From positions 12,769-76,768 of the forward strand of contig CAYRHT010000004.1 of the NCBI GenBank assembly GCA_964424195.1: a stretch of DNA of 64,000 nt, in the 5' to 3' direction. How positions within the stretch are numbered: position 1 is the first letter of the stretch; the number at the start of each line of letters is the position of its first letter. The DNA comes from an uncultured Gammaproteobacteria bacterium. Its GTDB lineage: Bacteria > Patescibacteriota > Patescibacteriia > UBA1558 > S5-K13. Position numbers and translations under genes: made by a program. Under the pieces are notes generated by a model. It was not told the origin of the DNA and ran no database searches. It was given only the letters and a program-made list of their open reading frames with translations. Shown in pieces: positions 18,779-29,159 of the stretch.

Positions 18779-19651
18779 ATGAATTTAAATTTTAAACAAT
18801 CCATTAAACTTTTAACACTAGTCTTAGTAGTTCTAGGTACTGTTACTTTTTTAATTCCAAAAACTTTAGCAGCCGGATTTAGAATTGATGTTGGAGAAAT
18901 TAATTGGGAAATTAATTTAGATGGTATTTACAAAAAAGATTCTAAGATAAATTGTAGTGATATTCAAGTGGGAAATATTCCAGATAATGGATTTTTAGTA
19001 AAAAATAGTTCCGGAACTAAATTATTTTTGGTAGACGAGGATAAGATTTATGTTAGCGCTAAAAGTTCATTTAGCTCTTTAGAATATTCTAGTTCAATTT
19101 CTAATTCTTTTATTATTAAAGATAGCGATAATAATATTCTGATTTATGTTGATGATAATGGTTTACATTATAGAGAGGACATGTGTGTCATTGAAGAGGT
19201 AGTAGAATGTGGTAATGGAATTTCAGAAGCAGGAGAGGAATGTGATGATGGTAATAGTAGTAATAATGATTCTTGTTTAAATACTTGTGAGATAGCTAGT
19301 TGTGATGATGGTTATATTTGGAATACTGATGGTGGAACAGAAGCTTGTGATGATGGTTATATTTTAAATGGTTATGAGTGTATTTGTAATCTTGATTGGG
19401 ATGAATCCTGTAGTTATTGTAGTTTTAGTTGTGAAATCATAACTAAAACAGATTGCACCTGTTTAAGCGGTGATATTCAGTATCCAGAAGAATGTGAATG
19501 GGCCATTAATCCTTCTACTGATCCACCTACTTATTATAATAATATAACCTGTCTGGGAAATGAGGAATGTAGTGCTTATTGTCGATGTTATACGCCAGGG
19601 ATTGGAGAAGAACCAGAAACTCCAGGTTTACCACCAATCGTACCAAAATAA
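18779..19651 (+). CDS. secreted cysteine-rich repeat protein (Myxococcus-type CGNG...GEECDDGN repeat)
   Basis: Signal peptide, then CGNGISEAGEECDDGNSSNNDSC and further CDDGY units. Pro-rich C-terminus. Confidence 0.55.
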   Translation: MNLNFKQSIKLLTLVLVVLGTVTFLIPKTLAAGFRIDVGEINWEINLDGIYKKDSKINCSDIQVGNIPDNGFLVKNSSGTKLFLVDEDKIYVSAKSSFSSLEYSSSISNSFIIKDSDNNILIYVDDNGLHYREDMCVIEEVVECGNGISEAGEECDDGNSSNNDSCLNTCEIASCDDGYIWNTDGGTEACDDGYILNGYECICNLDWDESCSYCSFSCEIITKTDCTCLSGDIQYPEECEWAINPSTDPPTYYNNITCLGNEECSAYCRCYTPGIGEEPETPGLPPIVPK

Positions 19652-19695
19652 GATTTAATTAAAATAATCGAGTTGATCTCAAGGGAGATAAAAAA

Positions 19696-19917
19696 ATGAA
19701 ATTAAATAAAACTTTGAAGTTTGTTCTTGCAATAACTATATTATTAGTAATAATAATTTTAGGATACTTCCTGATTAGGTATAAATATATAAAAGAAAAA
19801 CCTTTAAAAAGAGAAGAGGTTTTAAATTTAAATGTCGAAAAAGTAGTTAAAGATCCTGCAGAAGAAGATATTTTAAATTTAATAAATAAATTAAAAAATA
19901 AAAATAAATCTTTGTAA
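19696..19917 (+). CDS. small membrane protein
   Basis: One TM helix (FVLAITILLVIIILGYFLI). RBS GGGAGA upstream. Confidence 0.4.
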   Translation: MKLNKTLKFVLAITILLVIIILGYFLIRYKYIKEKPLKREEVLNLNVEKVVKDPAEEDILNLINKLKNKNKSL

Positions 19918-19950
19918 GTTAAGGGATTTATTTATTAAAATAATAAATAT

Positions 19951-20643
19951 ATGAAATATTGCAGTTTTAAAAAGTACATAATTATTTTCTTGATAGTTTT
20001 TATAATTCCTTTATTTGTAGAAGCAGCAAAAGATGATTTAATCAGTATAGAGCCAACAAAGGATTCAGAAATTAATAGGTATATTAATAGTGCTGAAAAT
20101 ATAGTTAAAATTGTTAATAAAGATATAATTTTCTTGTCAGGATTAAATATGGTTGGAGAAACGGTAATTGAAGCTGTTCTTTTGAAATTTAATAATTATA
20201 ATTCTTTTATAGATAAATATAGTCCAAAAATAGAAAAAGAAGGAGCCTCTTTATTTGACGATCTAATGAACGGTTATAAGTCTACTAGAAAATATTTTCA
20301 TTTGATTAACGATATTGATAGTTTAAGTTCTTCTATGGAAATAGCTTATGAATTATTAAATACTACAGATGTTTTCTTAGAAGAAAATTCAAAAAAAGGT
20401 TCTTCTTTTAAAGAATCAGAAAAATCCTTAGAAGAATTTAGAGAGAGTTTGAATAAAAAAACTTTTTTAGTTGAGTCTTTAATTCTAGAAGTACTTGCTA
20501 ATGTAAATATTAATCAGGATTCTTATGAAGATGATTTGGATTATTTAAACTATTACAAAAAAGAGATGCAAGAGATAAAAGATAGTTATTTGGAAGTATC
20601 TAATAGTATTATTGATCTCTCGGAGAGAGTTATAGAATCTTAA
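19951..20643 (+). CDS. hypothetical secreted protein
   Basis: Signal peptide (IIIFLIVFIIPLFVEA). Acidic helical protein. Confidence 0.45.
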   Translation: MKYCSFKKYIIIFLIVFIIPLFVEAAKDDLISIEPTKDSEINRYINSAENIVKIVNKDIIFLSGLNMVGETVIEAVLLKFNNYNSFIDKYSPKIEKEGASLFDDLMNGYKSTRKYFHLINDIDSLSSSMEIAYELLNTTDVFLEENSKKGSSFKESEKSLEEFRESLNKKTFLVESLILEVLANVNINQDSYEDDLDYLNYYKKEMQEIKDSYLEVSNSIIDLSERVIES

Positions 20644-20670
20644 AATTTATTAATAAAATTTATAGAATTA

Positions 20671-23670
20671 ATGATTAAATATTTCAGATCTATATCAAAA
20701 AACTTTCTTATTTTTATAATAATTAGTGTTTTTTTATTAGTAAGTTTTTCTGTATTCTTAATTTATAGAAATAATAATTTAGCAATTGCGGGAGATAATT
20801 TCGGAGGATGGTCTTATAATAATTTCTTTGGTTGGATATCAGAGTCTTGTAATAACTTATATGGAACAGGATATGAAGATTATTGTGGTTTAAATATGGA
20901 TCCTATTTTAGATATAAATTTTGATAGTGATGATATTGATATTGATAATGGTAAAGTTAAAGACAACACTGGTAGTTTCAATGGAAAAATATTTAATTTC
21001 ATAGAAACTGATATTAGGAATGGAGGGAAGAATAAAACTACTGGTTTAGCTACAAAGAATTCTAGTTTTGATAATTCTTTATATTTTAATGGAATAGATT
21101 CATATATTAACTTTGGAGCTCACAAGGATTTTAGTTTCAATGGTAATGATTTCAGTATAAGTTTATGGTTTAAGATTGATGAAGGATTAACAGAGGATTC
21201 ATTCTTATTTTCTAACGGAGATGATATTAATAAAAGATATCATTGTTGGATTGATAAAGATTATTATTTATCCTGTTTTGTTAAAAATAAAAAAATAAAG
21301 AGTACTAGTTCAATAAATATTAATAAATGGACTAATATTACTATTGTTCATGAAGAAAAATCTTTTTTAATGTATTTAGATGGGTTTTTAATTGATAACA
21401 CTAGTATTGGTGCTTCTGCACTTAGTAATTCAAAGGAATTAATATTGGGAGCTTTTGGTGACCAAACACAGAATTTTAAAGGAGAATTGGATGAATTTCG
21501 TCTTTTTGATAAGTCATTAAATATTGATCAAGTTTTACATAATATTAGTCATAATTCTAATTATTTATTGGATATTGATAATGAAACTGGTGAAATTAGT
21601 GGCTGGGTCTGGTCTAATGGAATAGGATGGATTTGTTTTGGAAAAACTTGTGAAGGATTAGCTCCGGATAAGAGTGAACCGGAGGCAAAATTATATTGGT
21701 CTTCTCAGGGAGGAGAGACTTATCCATACATGATTAGTGGTTGGGCTAATGCTATTTCTTTTAATGATGCTGGTCAAGAAAAATATCAGGATATGGGTTG
21801 GATATCTTTACAGAGTGAAGATATTTTAAATGCGAATTATGATGAATATAGTAGTTGTGTTAGTTGTGGTTTTAGAGATGAAGAAGATGATTTAGTTTTG
21901 TATTTTAAAATGGACGAAGATAGCGGTGAATTAGCTATTGATTCTTCTGGTTTTGATAATAATGCTCAATTAAAGAAATTTGAAGAAGAATCTTGGACAG
22001 AAGATGGTCGAATAAATAATTGTTTAAATTTTGATGGAATAGATGATTTTGTAGAGTTAGATATAGGAGATGTACCAGAATTGGAAATGGGATATAATGA
22101 TTTTTCAGTTGAAGTTTGGGTAAAAAATGAAGAATTAGGACATTTAACAGACAATTTAACTATTCTGGGAGGATATGCTGAAGAGGAATGGGAATTATAT
22201 TTTGATTCTAAGGATAATTTGTTAGTTTTTGATATTTTTGATAATAAGGTTCAAGGAAAGATTACAGATATTAGTGATTGGTCTCACATAGTAGTTAATA
22301 TTGATCGAGATAGTAATTTAGAAATGTATGTTAATAATCAAGAATACTCAGGAGATAATATTTCTGAGTTTAGTGAGAAATATATTAATGATAAAGCTAT
22401 TTTAATTGGAAATAATTATAGTGATTCTTTTTGGGATGGTGCTATAGATATAGTGAGAATATATACTAAAGTTTTGAGTAAAGATGCAGTTGCTCATAAT
22501 TATGAGTTTCCAGAAAAGAGATTTTGTTCAGCTTGTTTGAATCAAATTTTATCTAAAGCAGAGAGTAGTAATATTTGTTATGATTGTGAACGATGTAAAA
22601 TTGAAAAAGGTGTTACAAATTGTGAACTATGTTCTGGTTGTCGAGAATATGGTTTAACATTTGATACTAATACAGCAAATATAAAAGGTTTTGCTTGGGG
22701 AGGTTTTTCCGTTGATGATGAGCTTGTCGGTTTAGGTTGGTTTAAATTTTCTCCAAGTTTTGGAGCAGGGTTATATCGTTCTTATGTTTCTTCAAAATAT
22801 GGTGATATTTACAGTAAAGCTAATATAGGTTCAAGCTATTCAGTAATTCCTCCAATTGGTTATTTTAATGCTACCTATATGATTCAAGCTAACGGACATA
22901 TAATGAATTGGGTTAGTACAGCCTATGAAGCTAATAATAATTGGTTAATGTCAGCTGATAGTGGTAACCCTTTAAGCTATGAATACCCTAAATTAGAAAA
23001 TGATTATGGTAATGTTTTGGGTAATTTAGATTATGTTGGTTTAATAAATGGAAGATATGGGGAAGTTAAAGAAGGAGTTCCTAATGAGGGTTTAGCTAAT
23101 TATGATGTTTGTTTAGATAATAATGTTTTCTTTAAAAAAGATAGTTTTGTTTTAACTGAAAAAGCTGCTAGTGGTATTGCTTACAGATTTCAAAATTGTT
23201 CTCAGGGAGCAGGAACTATAATTATTGATGGAGACTTAAGTATTGAAGCTGATATTCAATATGATGACACCACTTTTAGTGGTGAAAGTAGTGGCTTAGC
23301 TTCAGTAGCTTGGGTAATTAAAGGAGACCTAAGAATATCTCCTAAAGTTAGAGAACTAGCAGGAACTTTTATCGTTTTAGGTAAAGATGATACAGAATGT
23401 GGTTCTGTTTTAGAAAGTCCAAAAAAAGGATGTGGAGCTATTTTTACTTGTGATGCTAATGAAAGTGAATGTGGAAAACAATTAGAAGTTTCTGGTCAAT
23501 TTTTAGCAAAGAATTTCCGTTTTCAAAGAACTTTTAGAAGCTTAGAAGGTCAACTAAGAGAAGCAGCAGAGGAAATTATATATGATGGTCGGAATATTAT
23601 TAATCCTCCTCCAGGATTAGGAGATGTTTTAAAGATACTACCAACTTGGAATCAAATAGCCCCTTATTAA
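20671..23670 (+). CDS. large membrane-anchored protein with LamG/concanavalin-like jelly-roll domains and Cys-rich segments
   Basis: N-terminal TM helix. Two LamG-like units (FNGIDSYINFGAHKDFSFNGNDFSISLWFKID; NFDGIDDFVELDIG...FSVEVWVK). CxxC-rich stretch (CSACLN...CYDCERCK...CELCSGC). Confidence 0.55.
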   Translation: MIKYFRSISKNFLIFIIISVFLLVSFSVFLIYRNNNLAIAGDNFGGWSYNNFFGWISESCNNLYGTGYEDYCGLNMDPILDINFDSDDIDIDNGKVKDNTGSFNGKIFNFIETDIRNGGKNKTTGLATKNSSFDNSLYFNGIDSYINFGAHKDFSFNGNDFSISLWFKIDEGLTEDSFLFSNGDDINKRYHCWIDKDYYLSCFVKNKKIKSTSSININKWTNITIVHEEKSFLMYLDGFLIDNTSIGASALSNSKELILGAFGDQTQNFKGELDEFRLFDKSLNIDQVLHNISHNSNYLLDIDNETGEISGWVWSNGIGWICFGKTCEGLAPDKSEPEAKLYWSSQGGETYPYMISGWANAISFNDAGQEKYQDMGWISLQSEDILNANYDEYSSCVSCGFRDEEDDLVLYFKMDEDSGELAIDSSGFDNNAQLKKFEEESWTEDGRINNCLNFDGIDDFVELDIGDVPELEMGYNDFSVEVWVKNEELGHLTDNLTILGGYAEEEWELYFDSKDNLLVFDIFDNKVQGKITDISDWSHIVVNIDRDSNLEMYVNNQEYSGDNISEFSEKYINDKAILIGNNYSDSFWDGAIDIVRIYTKVLSKDAVAHNYEFPEKRFCSACLNQILSKAESSNICYDCERCKIEKGVTNCELCSGCREYGLTFDTNTANIKGFAWGGFSVDDELVGLGWFKFSPSFGAGLYRSYVSSKYGDIYSKANIGSSYSVIPPIGYFNATYMIQANGHIMNWVSTAYEANNNWLMSADSGNPLSYEYPKLENDYGNVLGNLDYVGLINGRYGEVKEGVPNEGLANYDVCLDNNVFFKKDSFVLTEKAASGIAYRFQNCSQGAGTIIIDGDLSIEADIQYDDTTFSGESSGLASVAWVIKGDLRISPKVRELAGTFIVLGKDDTECGSVLESPKKGCGAIFTCDANESECGKQLEVSGQFLAKNFRFQRTFRSLEGQLREAAEEIIYDGRNIINPPPGLGDVLKILPTWNQIAPY

Positions 23671-23692
23671 TTAGTAGTTATTAAAATAATTT

Positions 23693-24877
23693 ATGAGTTT
23701 ATTTAATAAAAAAAATCAAGACTTTTTAGGAGTAGATATTGGAACTTCTGGTATTAAGATTGTGCAATTAACAAAAGAAAAAGACAAAGCTAAATTAGTT
23801 ACTTACGGAATGGTTGATGTTGATGCTGATATTATTAGAAATAAGACTCCAGAGAGCATTAAATTAATAGCTCAAGCTTTAGAAAAAATTATTGATAAAG
23901 CTAGAGTATCTACTAAAAATTGTTCAACCGCTTTACCAACTTTTTCAGTATTTAGTTCAGTGATCAGTTTACCACAAATGACAAAGAGTGATCTAAATTC
24001 GGCTGTTAAATGGGAAGCAAAGAAATTCATTCCTTTTCCAATTGAGAATATGATTCTAGATTGGAAAATTATTAATGCTAGTAAGGGTTCACAAAAGAAT
24101 CAATTATTAGATAATTTGAATAATAAAGTAGATTTAGGTAAATTTTTTAATAAAGATAAAACAGAAGGTGATCAAAAAGAAGAAATTGAAAGAAAACCTG
24201 CAAAAACAGAAAATGATCTTATAAAAACAAGTTCTAAGTTTAATAAAATATTATTAACTGCTGCTCCTAAGAGTCTAGTTAGTGTTTATGTGGATATTTT
24301 TAAAGAATTAGAATTAAATTTAACTAGTTTGGAAGTTGAATCTTTTGCTATGACTAGAGCATTGATAGCTGATGAAAAAAAGTATGCCATGATAGTAGAT
24401 ATAGGTTCAGTGACTACAGATGTTTGTGTTGTTGAGAATGGTTTACCTATTTTAAATAGGAGCATAGAAGTTGGTGGAAATATGATGACTGAAAGTATAG
24501 CTCAGAGTTTAAACATTAGTTTTGATCGAGCTGAACAATTTAAACAAGACTTTGGTTTAACTATGAGCAAGGAAGAAGTTAATAATGTTCCTAAAACTAT
24601 TGAGGAAACATTATCTCCGATGGTTAATGAAATTAAATATGTTTTTGATTTATACCGAAGACAGGGGAGTGGTAAAATAGACAATGTTATTCTCTCAGGA
24701 GGTTCAGCCTATCTACCAAGTTTAGTTGATTATTTAAGTAAAGTGTTAAATACTACCGTCTATATTGGAGATGCTTGGTATAAAGTTATGTATCCTAAGG
24801 AATTAAAACCAGTTTTGGATGAAGTTGGACCGAGGTTTTCAGTAGCTGTGGGGCTAGCTTTAAGAGGGATAATCTAA
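23693..24877 (+). CDS. pilM: type IV pilus assembly protein PilM (actin-like ATPase fold)
   Basis: N-terminal LGVDIGTSGIKIVQL and a second actin-like motif DIGSVTTDVCVV. Confidence 0.8.
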   Translation: MSLFNKKNQDFLGVDIGTSGIKIVQLTKEKDKAKLVTYGMVDVDADIIRNKTPESIKLIAQALEKIIDKARVSTKNCSTALPTFSVFSSVISLPQMTKSDLNSAVKWEAKKFIPFPIENMILDWKIINASKGSQKNQLLDNLNNKVDLGKFFNKDKTEGDQKEEIERKPAKTENDLIKTSSKFNKILLTAAPKSLVSVYVDIFKELELNLTSLEVESFAMTRALIADEKKYAMIVDIGSVTTDVCVVENGLPILNRSIEVGGNMMTESIAQSLNISFDRAEQFKQDFGLTMSKEEVNNVPKTIEETLSPMVNEIKYVFDLYRRQGSGKIDNVILSGGSAYLPSLVDYLSKVLNTTVYIGDAWYKVMYPKELKPVLDEVGPRFSVAVGLALRGII

Positions 24878-24954
24878 ATTTTTTGCATTGGTAATGATAT
24901 GAGCCTGTGCTATAATTTTAAGTGAGATATTTAGTATTAAAATAGGTGAATTAT

Positions 24955-25968
24955 ATGTCTGACGATATTAATTTATTACCCGAGGATTTAAAGAAAAAAC
25001 AAGATAAAACTCTAAAAAATAGAGGAAATTTTAGTTTAGATGAAATTGAATTTACTGATGGTCAGAGATTGAAAAAACAATTAGATTCTAAAATTATAAA
25101 ACCAAAAAAAGAAGTAATAAAAAAGTGGTTTAAACCTAAAATTAATCAAAAATCAGACTTTTCAAGTCTAAAAAATGATAATTTACCTCCTATTTCTAAA
25201 CCTGAACTTAAAGTAGAGGAACCTTTAGTGAAAAAATCTATAGATTTATCAAAAGATTTTAAAAAGGATAATTTAAAAGAAAAAACTCAAACTAATAATG
25301 CTAAGCCAGAAGGAGTAGTTAAACCAAAAAATAAAGTAAGTCTAAAAGAAATAATAAATAATTTTAGAGCAAAGCTTAATGGAAAGAATAAAAATAAAGA
25401 GGAAGATAAATCTTTGGATGTTAATTTGTTGCCCTTCGGTTCTAATATGCCTACAACCAGAAGAGCTCTTTTAATATTAATTATTATTTTTATACTAGCC
25501 GGTTCTTCAATATTTATTGTTTATTTCGGTTATTATCTTTATAAAGAGGAAGTTATGAAAGAGTATGGTAATTTAGAAAATGAATTTAATATTTATGTAA
25601 ATGATATTAAGAAATATGATGATTTAATATATGAAATTACTGCTTGGCAAGAAAAGATTTCGGAAATAGAAAATTTACTTAATAAGCATGTTTATTGGAC
25701 TAAGTTTTTTGAGAAATTAGAGGAAAATACTTTAAATGATGTTCAGTTTATTGGTTTTGCTGGTACTATAGATAGTTCTATTACTTTACAAGCAATTGCT
25801 CCTAATTACGAAACAGTTTCTAAACAGTGGATTCGTTTGCAAGAAGCAGAGGATTTTGTAGAAAAAGTAGTTATTGATGGTGCCTCTATGTCTTCTACGG
25901 AGGATAATATTAATATATCTTTCTCATTAACTTTAGATTTTGTGGACGATATTTTTTATAAGGAATAA
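24955..25968 (+). CDS. pilN: PilN-like pilus assembly protein with long K-rich N-terminal extension
   Basis: INLLP motif at the N-terminus and again (VNLLPF) before the single TM helix. The track ORF starts at GTG, so the ATG at MSDDINLLP is preferred. Confidence 0.55.
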   Translation: MSDDINLLPEDLKKKQDKTLKNRGNFSLDEIEFTDGQRLKKQLDSKIIKPKKEVIKKWFKPKINQKSDFSSLKNDNLPPISKPELKVEEPLVKKSIDLSKDFKKDNLKEKTQTNNAKPEGVVKPKNKVSLKEIINNFRAKLNGKNKNKEEDKSLDVNLLPFGSNMPTTRRALLILIIIFILAGSSIFIVYFGYYLYKEEVMKEYGNLENEFNIYVNDIKKYDDLIYEITAWQEKISEIENLLNKHVYWTKFFEKLEENTLNDVQFIGFAGTIDSSITLQAIAPNYETVSKQWIRLQEAEDFVEKVVIDGASMSSTEDNINISFSLTLDFVDDIFYKE

Positions 25969-25973
25969 TATAT

Positions 25974-26660
25974 ATGTTAGAAAATAATAAAATAGAAAAA
26001 GTAGAAAAAAAAGAAATAAAGACGGGAGTTTATGCTTCTAAAAAAGTTTCTGGTTTTTCAATTTTTGTTTATAAGCATTTGAAGTTAATTATATTTTTAG
26101 AGTTGTTGGTTATATTATTAGGAGGTTATTTATTTATTATTAAAAAAGAAATTTCAGAAATAGAAAATTATAATAAATTGATTTCATGGAGAAAAGAAGA
26201 GTTGGTGAAAATAAAAGACTATAAAGCAGATTCTTTAGAATTGGAAGAAAAATATAGTATTTTGGAAAAGGAAGTAGCAGAAGATATTAATGAGCTATAT
26301 AGCATCTTACCACCTAAAGACGACCTACCCAATGTTATGGCTCAGATTGAAGCTTTAGTGAATAGTCATAATTTTGTCTTAGGTTCAATTAATATGTCTT
26401 CAGAAGAAGATAGTTCTTTAAATAAAAGAGAATTACCTTTAATTAATTCAGAGGCAGAGTCTCAAAGCAATTTAATCAAAGAGGTTGAAATTAGTATTTT
26501 TGTTTTTAGTGATGAGGGTGGTTATTCTCGAGTTAAGGAATTATTAGAAGCTTTTGAACATCATATTAGATTCACAGATATTGTTAGTTTTAGTTTTGAA
26601 AAAGATATGAAAGCTTATTCTATTATGTTAAAAACTTATTATTTAAATTATGAAGAGTAA
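25974..26660 (+). CDS. PilO-like pilus assembly protein
   Basis: N-terminal TM helix, then coiled coil and an alpha/beta domain. Position between pilN and pilB. Motif support is weak. Confidence 0.4.
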   Translation: MLENNKIEKVEKKEIKTGVYASKKVSGFSIFVYKHLKLIIFLELLVILLGGYLFIIKKEISEIENYNKLISWRKEELVKIKDYKADSLELEEKYSILEKEVAEDINELYSILPPKDDLPNVMAQIEALVNSHNFVLGSINMSSEEDSSLNKRELPLINSEAESQSNLIKEVEISIFVFSDEGGYSRVKELLEAFEHHIRFTDIVSFSFEKDMKAYSIMLKTYYLNYEE

Positions 26661-26973
26661 AATAATTGATAAAAAAATAGTATTCTTGTTTTTAATAATG
26701 ATTATTATGATATTTTTTATGATGAATTTTTTAAGTAAAAAAGAAAAAGATTCTGAAAGTATCACGGGTATTAAAACTGACAATAGATTAAGTATTATTA
26801 ATGAAAAGCAGAAAAGAATTAATAATTTCTTGAATAACAGCAATGGTTTATTCAACCAGAGATTACAGAGAATCTTTGAAAAATTAGATTTAGTTTCTTA
26901 CATAGAGTTACCATTGGAAAAAGATTTAGATTATAATAATTATCCTTTTGGTAATCAAATAAATTTAGATTAA
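26650..26973 (+). CDS. small membrane protein in the pilus operon (PilP-like position)
   Basis: One TM helix. Overlaps the upstream gene by 11 nt. No motifs. Confidence 0.35.
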   Translation: MKSKIIDKKIVFLFLIMIIMIFFMMNFLSKKEKDSESITGIKTDNRLSIINEKQKRINNFLNNSNGLFNQRLQRIFEKLDLVSYIELPLEKDLDYNNYPFGNQINLD

Positions 26974-26976
26974 AAT

Positions 26977-28743
26977 ATGAAATCAGATTATAATAAAAAA
27001 ATATTAGAGATAATTACAGAGAAAAAGCTATTGAAAGATAGTGATTTAGATTTTGTTTCTAAAAAAATAGAATCTGATAAATCTGCTAGTTTGGACAAGG
27101 TTATTAAAACAAATAATTTAATAGATGCTGAAGAGTACGCTCAAATAAAAGCTACTGTAATCGGAGTTCCTTATCGAAATTTAGTTGATGAGAAAATTGA
27201 TAAAGAAGTTTTAAAATTATTACCAACAAACCTATCAAAAAATTACCAAATGGTAATTTTTAATAAAAAAGATAATGTTTTAGATATTGGTCTTGTTGAT
27301 CCAGAGAATTTTAGTGCAGTAGAAGCGGCAGAATTTTTAGCCCAAGAAAATAAGTATATAATAAAATATTATCTGATATCAGAGGGTAGTTTTAAGCATG
27401 TTCTTGGAAAGTCAGAGGATATTGTTGAGGAGGTTGGTGAAGTTTTGGACTATGCTAAAGAAAAACTGGGTACATCTGGTTCAATAGATACTGATCTAGA
27501 AGAACTTAAGATGGATGATGAAAATTTTGATGAGATTATTAAATCAGCACCAGTTTCTAGAATAGTATCTGTAATCTTAAAACATGCTGTTGATGGTCGA
27601 GCTTCAGATGTTCATATTGAACCAGTTAATAATCAATCAATAACTAGATTTAGAATAGATGGAAAATTACATAATTCAATAGTTTTACCAATCTATATTC
27701 ATAATGCTCTAATTGCTAGAGTAAAAGTAATGGCTAATATGAAAATTGATGAAACTAGAATACCACAAGATGGTAGAATTAGAGTAAAAGTAAAAGGAGA
27801 AAGAATTGATTTTAGAATATCAACTTTACCTTTAATTGATTACGAAAAAGTTGTCATGAGAGTTTTGAGTACTCCTAAAAAAATTCCAACTCTTGATGAG
27901 CTAGGTTTTGGTGGTCCTTTGAAAAAAGAAATAGAAAAAAATATTAAAAAACCAAATGGAATGATTTTAGTTACTGGTCCTACTGGAAGTGGTAAGTCTT
28001 TTACTCTATTTACTTTTTTAAATAAAATTAATTCCGAAGCTATAAATATCTCAACTTTAGAGGATCCAGTAGAGTATAATATTGAGGGAGTTAATCAATC
28101 TCAGGTAAGACCAGAAGCTGATTTTACTTTTGCTTCAGGATTAAGATCTTTGTTAAGACAAGATCCAGATGTAATCATGGTTGGTGAGATTAGAGACAGT
28201 GAAACAGCGGAATTAGCTGTTCATGCTGCCTTAACTGGTCATTTAGTGTTATCTACCTTACATACTAATGATGCTATTGGAGCTATTCCTAGATTAGTTG
28301 ATATGAAAGTAGAACCATTTTTACTAGCTTCTACTCTAAACATGATTTTAGCTCAGAGATTAGTAAGAAAAATATGTGAAAATTGTAAAGAAGAATTTGA
28401 TCCACCCCAGTCTTTAAAAGACAGAATAAAAGGAAGCATAGAACAACTACCAGAAAAGAGTTTCTACGGTAATGTTAAAAAGAATGATGAAGTTAAATTT
28501 TATCACGGCAAGGGTTGTGGTAGATGTGGTGGAACTGGATATAAAGGGAGAACTGCAATTACAGAGATTTTAGTTTTGGATAGGAAGATAAAAAGTATTA
28601 TTGCTGAAGGAATGAATATGACTGATTTACAAAAAGAATTAGATGATCGAGGATATATTAATATGATGCAAGATGGTTTAATTAAAGTATTGAATGGAAC
28701 TACAACTTTAGAGGAAGTATTAATTGCTACTAAGCAAAGCTAA
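26977..28743 (+). CDS. pilB: type IV pilus extension ATPase PilB (GspE family)
   Basis: Walker A GPTGSGKS, Asp box, Walker B VGEIRD, His box GHLVLSTLHTN, tetracysteine CENC...CGRCGGTG. Confidence 0.9.
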   Translation: MKSDYNKKILEIITEKKLLKDSDLDFVSKKIESDKSASLDKVIKTNNLIDAEEYAQIKATVIGVPYRNLVDEKIDKEVLKLLPTNLSKNYQMVIFNKKDNVLDIGLVDPENFSAVEAAEFLAQENKYIIKYYLISEGSFKHVLGKSEDIVEEVGEVLDYAKEKLGTSGSIDTDLEELKMDDENFDEIIKSAPVSRIVSVILKHAVDGRASDVHIEPVNNQSITRFRIDGKLHNSIVLPIYIHNALIARVKVMANMKIDETRIPQDGRIRVKVKGERIDFRISTLPLIDYEKVVMRVLSTPKKIPTLDELGFGGPLKKEIEKNIKKPNGMILVTGPTGSGKSFTLFTFLNKINSEAINISTLEDPVEYNIEGVNQSQVRPEADFTFASGLRSLLRQDPDVIMVGEIRDSETAELAVHAALTGHLVLSTLHTNDAIGAIPRLVDMKVEPFLLASTLNMILAQRLVRKICENCKEEFDPPQSLKDRIKGSIEQLPEKSFYGNVKKNDEVKFYHGKGCGRCGGTGYKGRTAITEILVLDRKIKSIIAEGMNMTDLQKELDDRGYINMMQDGLIKVLNGTTTLEEVLIATKQS

Positions 28744-28769
28744 GTTTAAATAATTTACGATAATATATT

Positions 28770-29150
28770 ATGATAGACTCTGAAAAGAAAAAAATATTAA
28801 TTGTGGAGGATGATCCGTTTCTATCGGAAATGTATGCTACTAAATTAGAATTAGAAGAATTCACAGTTGTTTTAGCTACTAATGGAGATGAGGCCTTAGA
28901 TAAAATGAAGTTAGATAAGCCAGATATTGTCTTATTAGACTTAATAATGCCTCAAAAGGATGGTTTTGAAGTTTTGAGAGAAAAATCTGTTAATCAGGAA
29001 ATTAAAGATATTCCAGTTATAGTTTTAACAAATTTATCTCAAAAAGAACAAATAAAACAATGTTATGAATTAGGAGCAAAAGATTTCTTAATTAAAGCTT
29101 ATTTTGTTCCCGCTGACGTTATTAAAAAAATTAGGAATTTAATTAAATAA
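28770..29150 (+). CDS. stand-alone CheY-like response-regulator receiver domain
   Basis: ILIVEDD, phospho-acceptor in LLDLIMP, VLTNLS, then a conserved Lys. Confidence 0.8.
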   Translation: MIDSEKKKILIVEDDPFLSEMYATKLELEEFTVVLATNGDEALDKMKLDKPDIVLLDLIMPQKDGFEVLREKSVNQEIKDIPVIVLTNLSQKEQIKQCYELGAKDFLIKAYFVPADVIKKIRNLIK

Positions 29151-29159
29151 TTAATTATT

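Noticed and set aside
13840-24684. Antisense ORFs inside the methyltransferase, phosphohexomutase, surface-protein, LamG and pilM genes (13840-14034, 15121-15420, 17367-17564, 18327-18593, 21966-22154, 24502-24684)
   Set aside because: They are embedded opposite well-supported longer genes and show no motifs or RBS.
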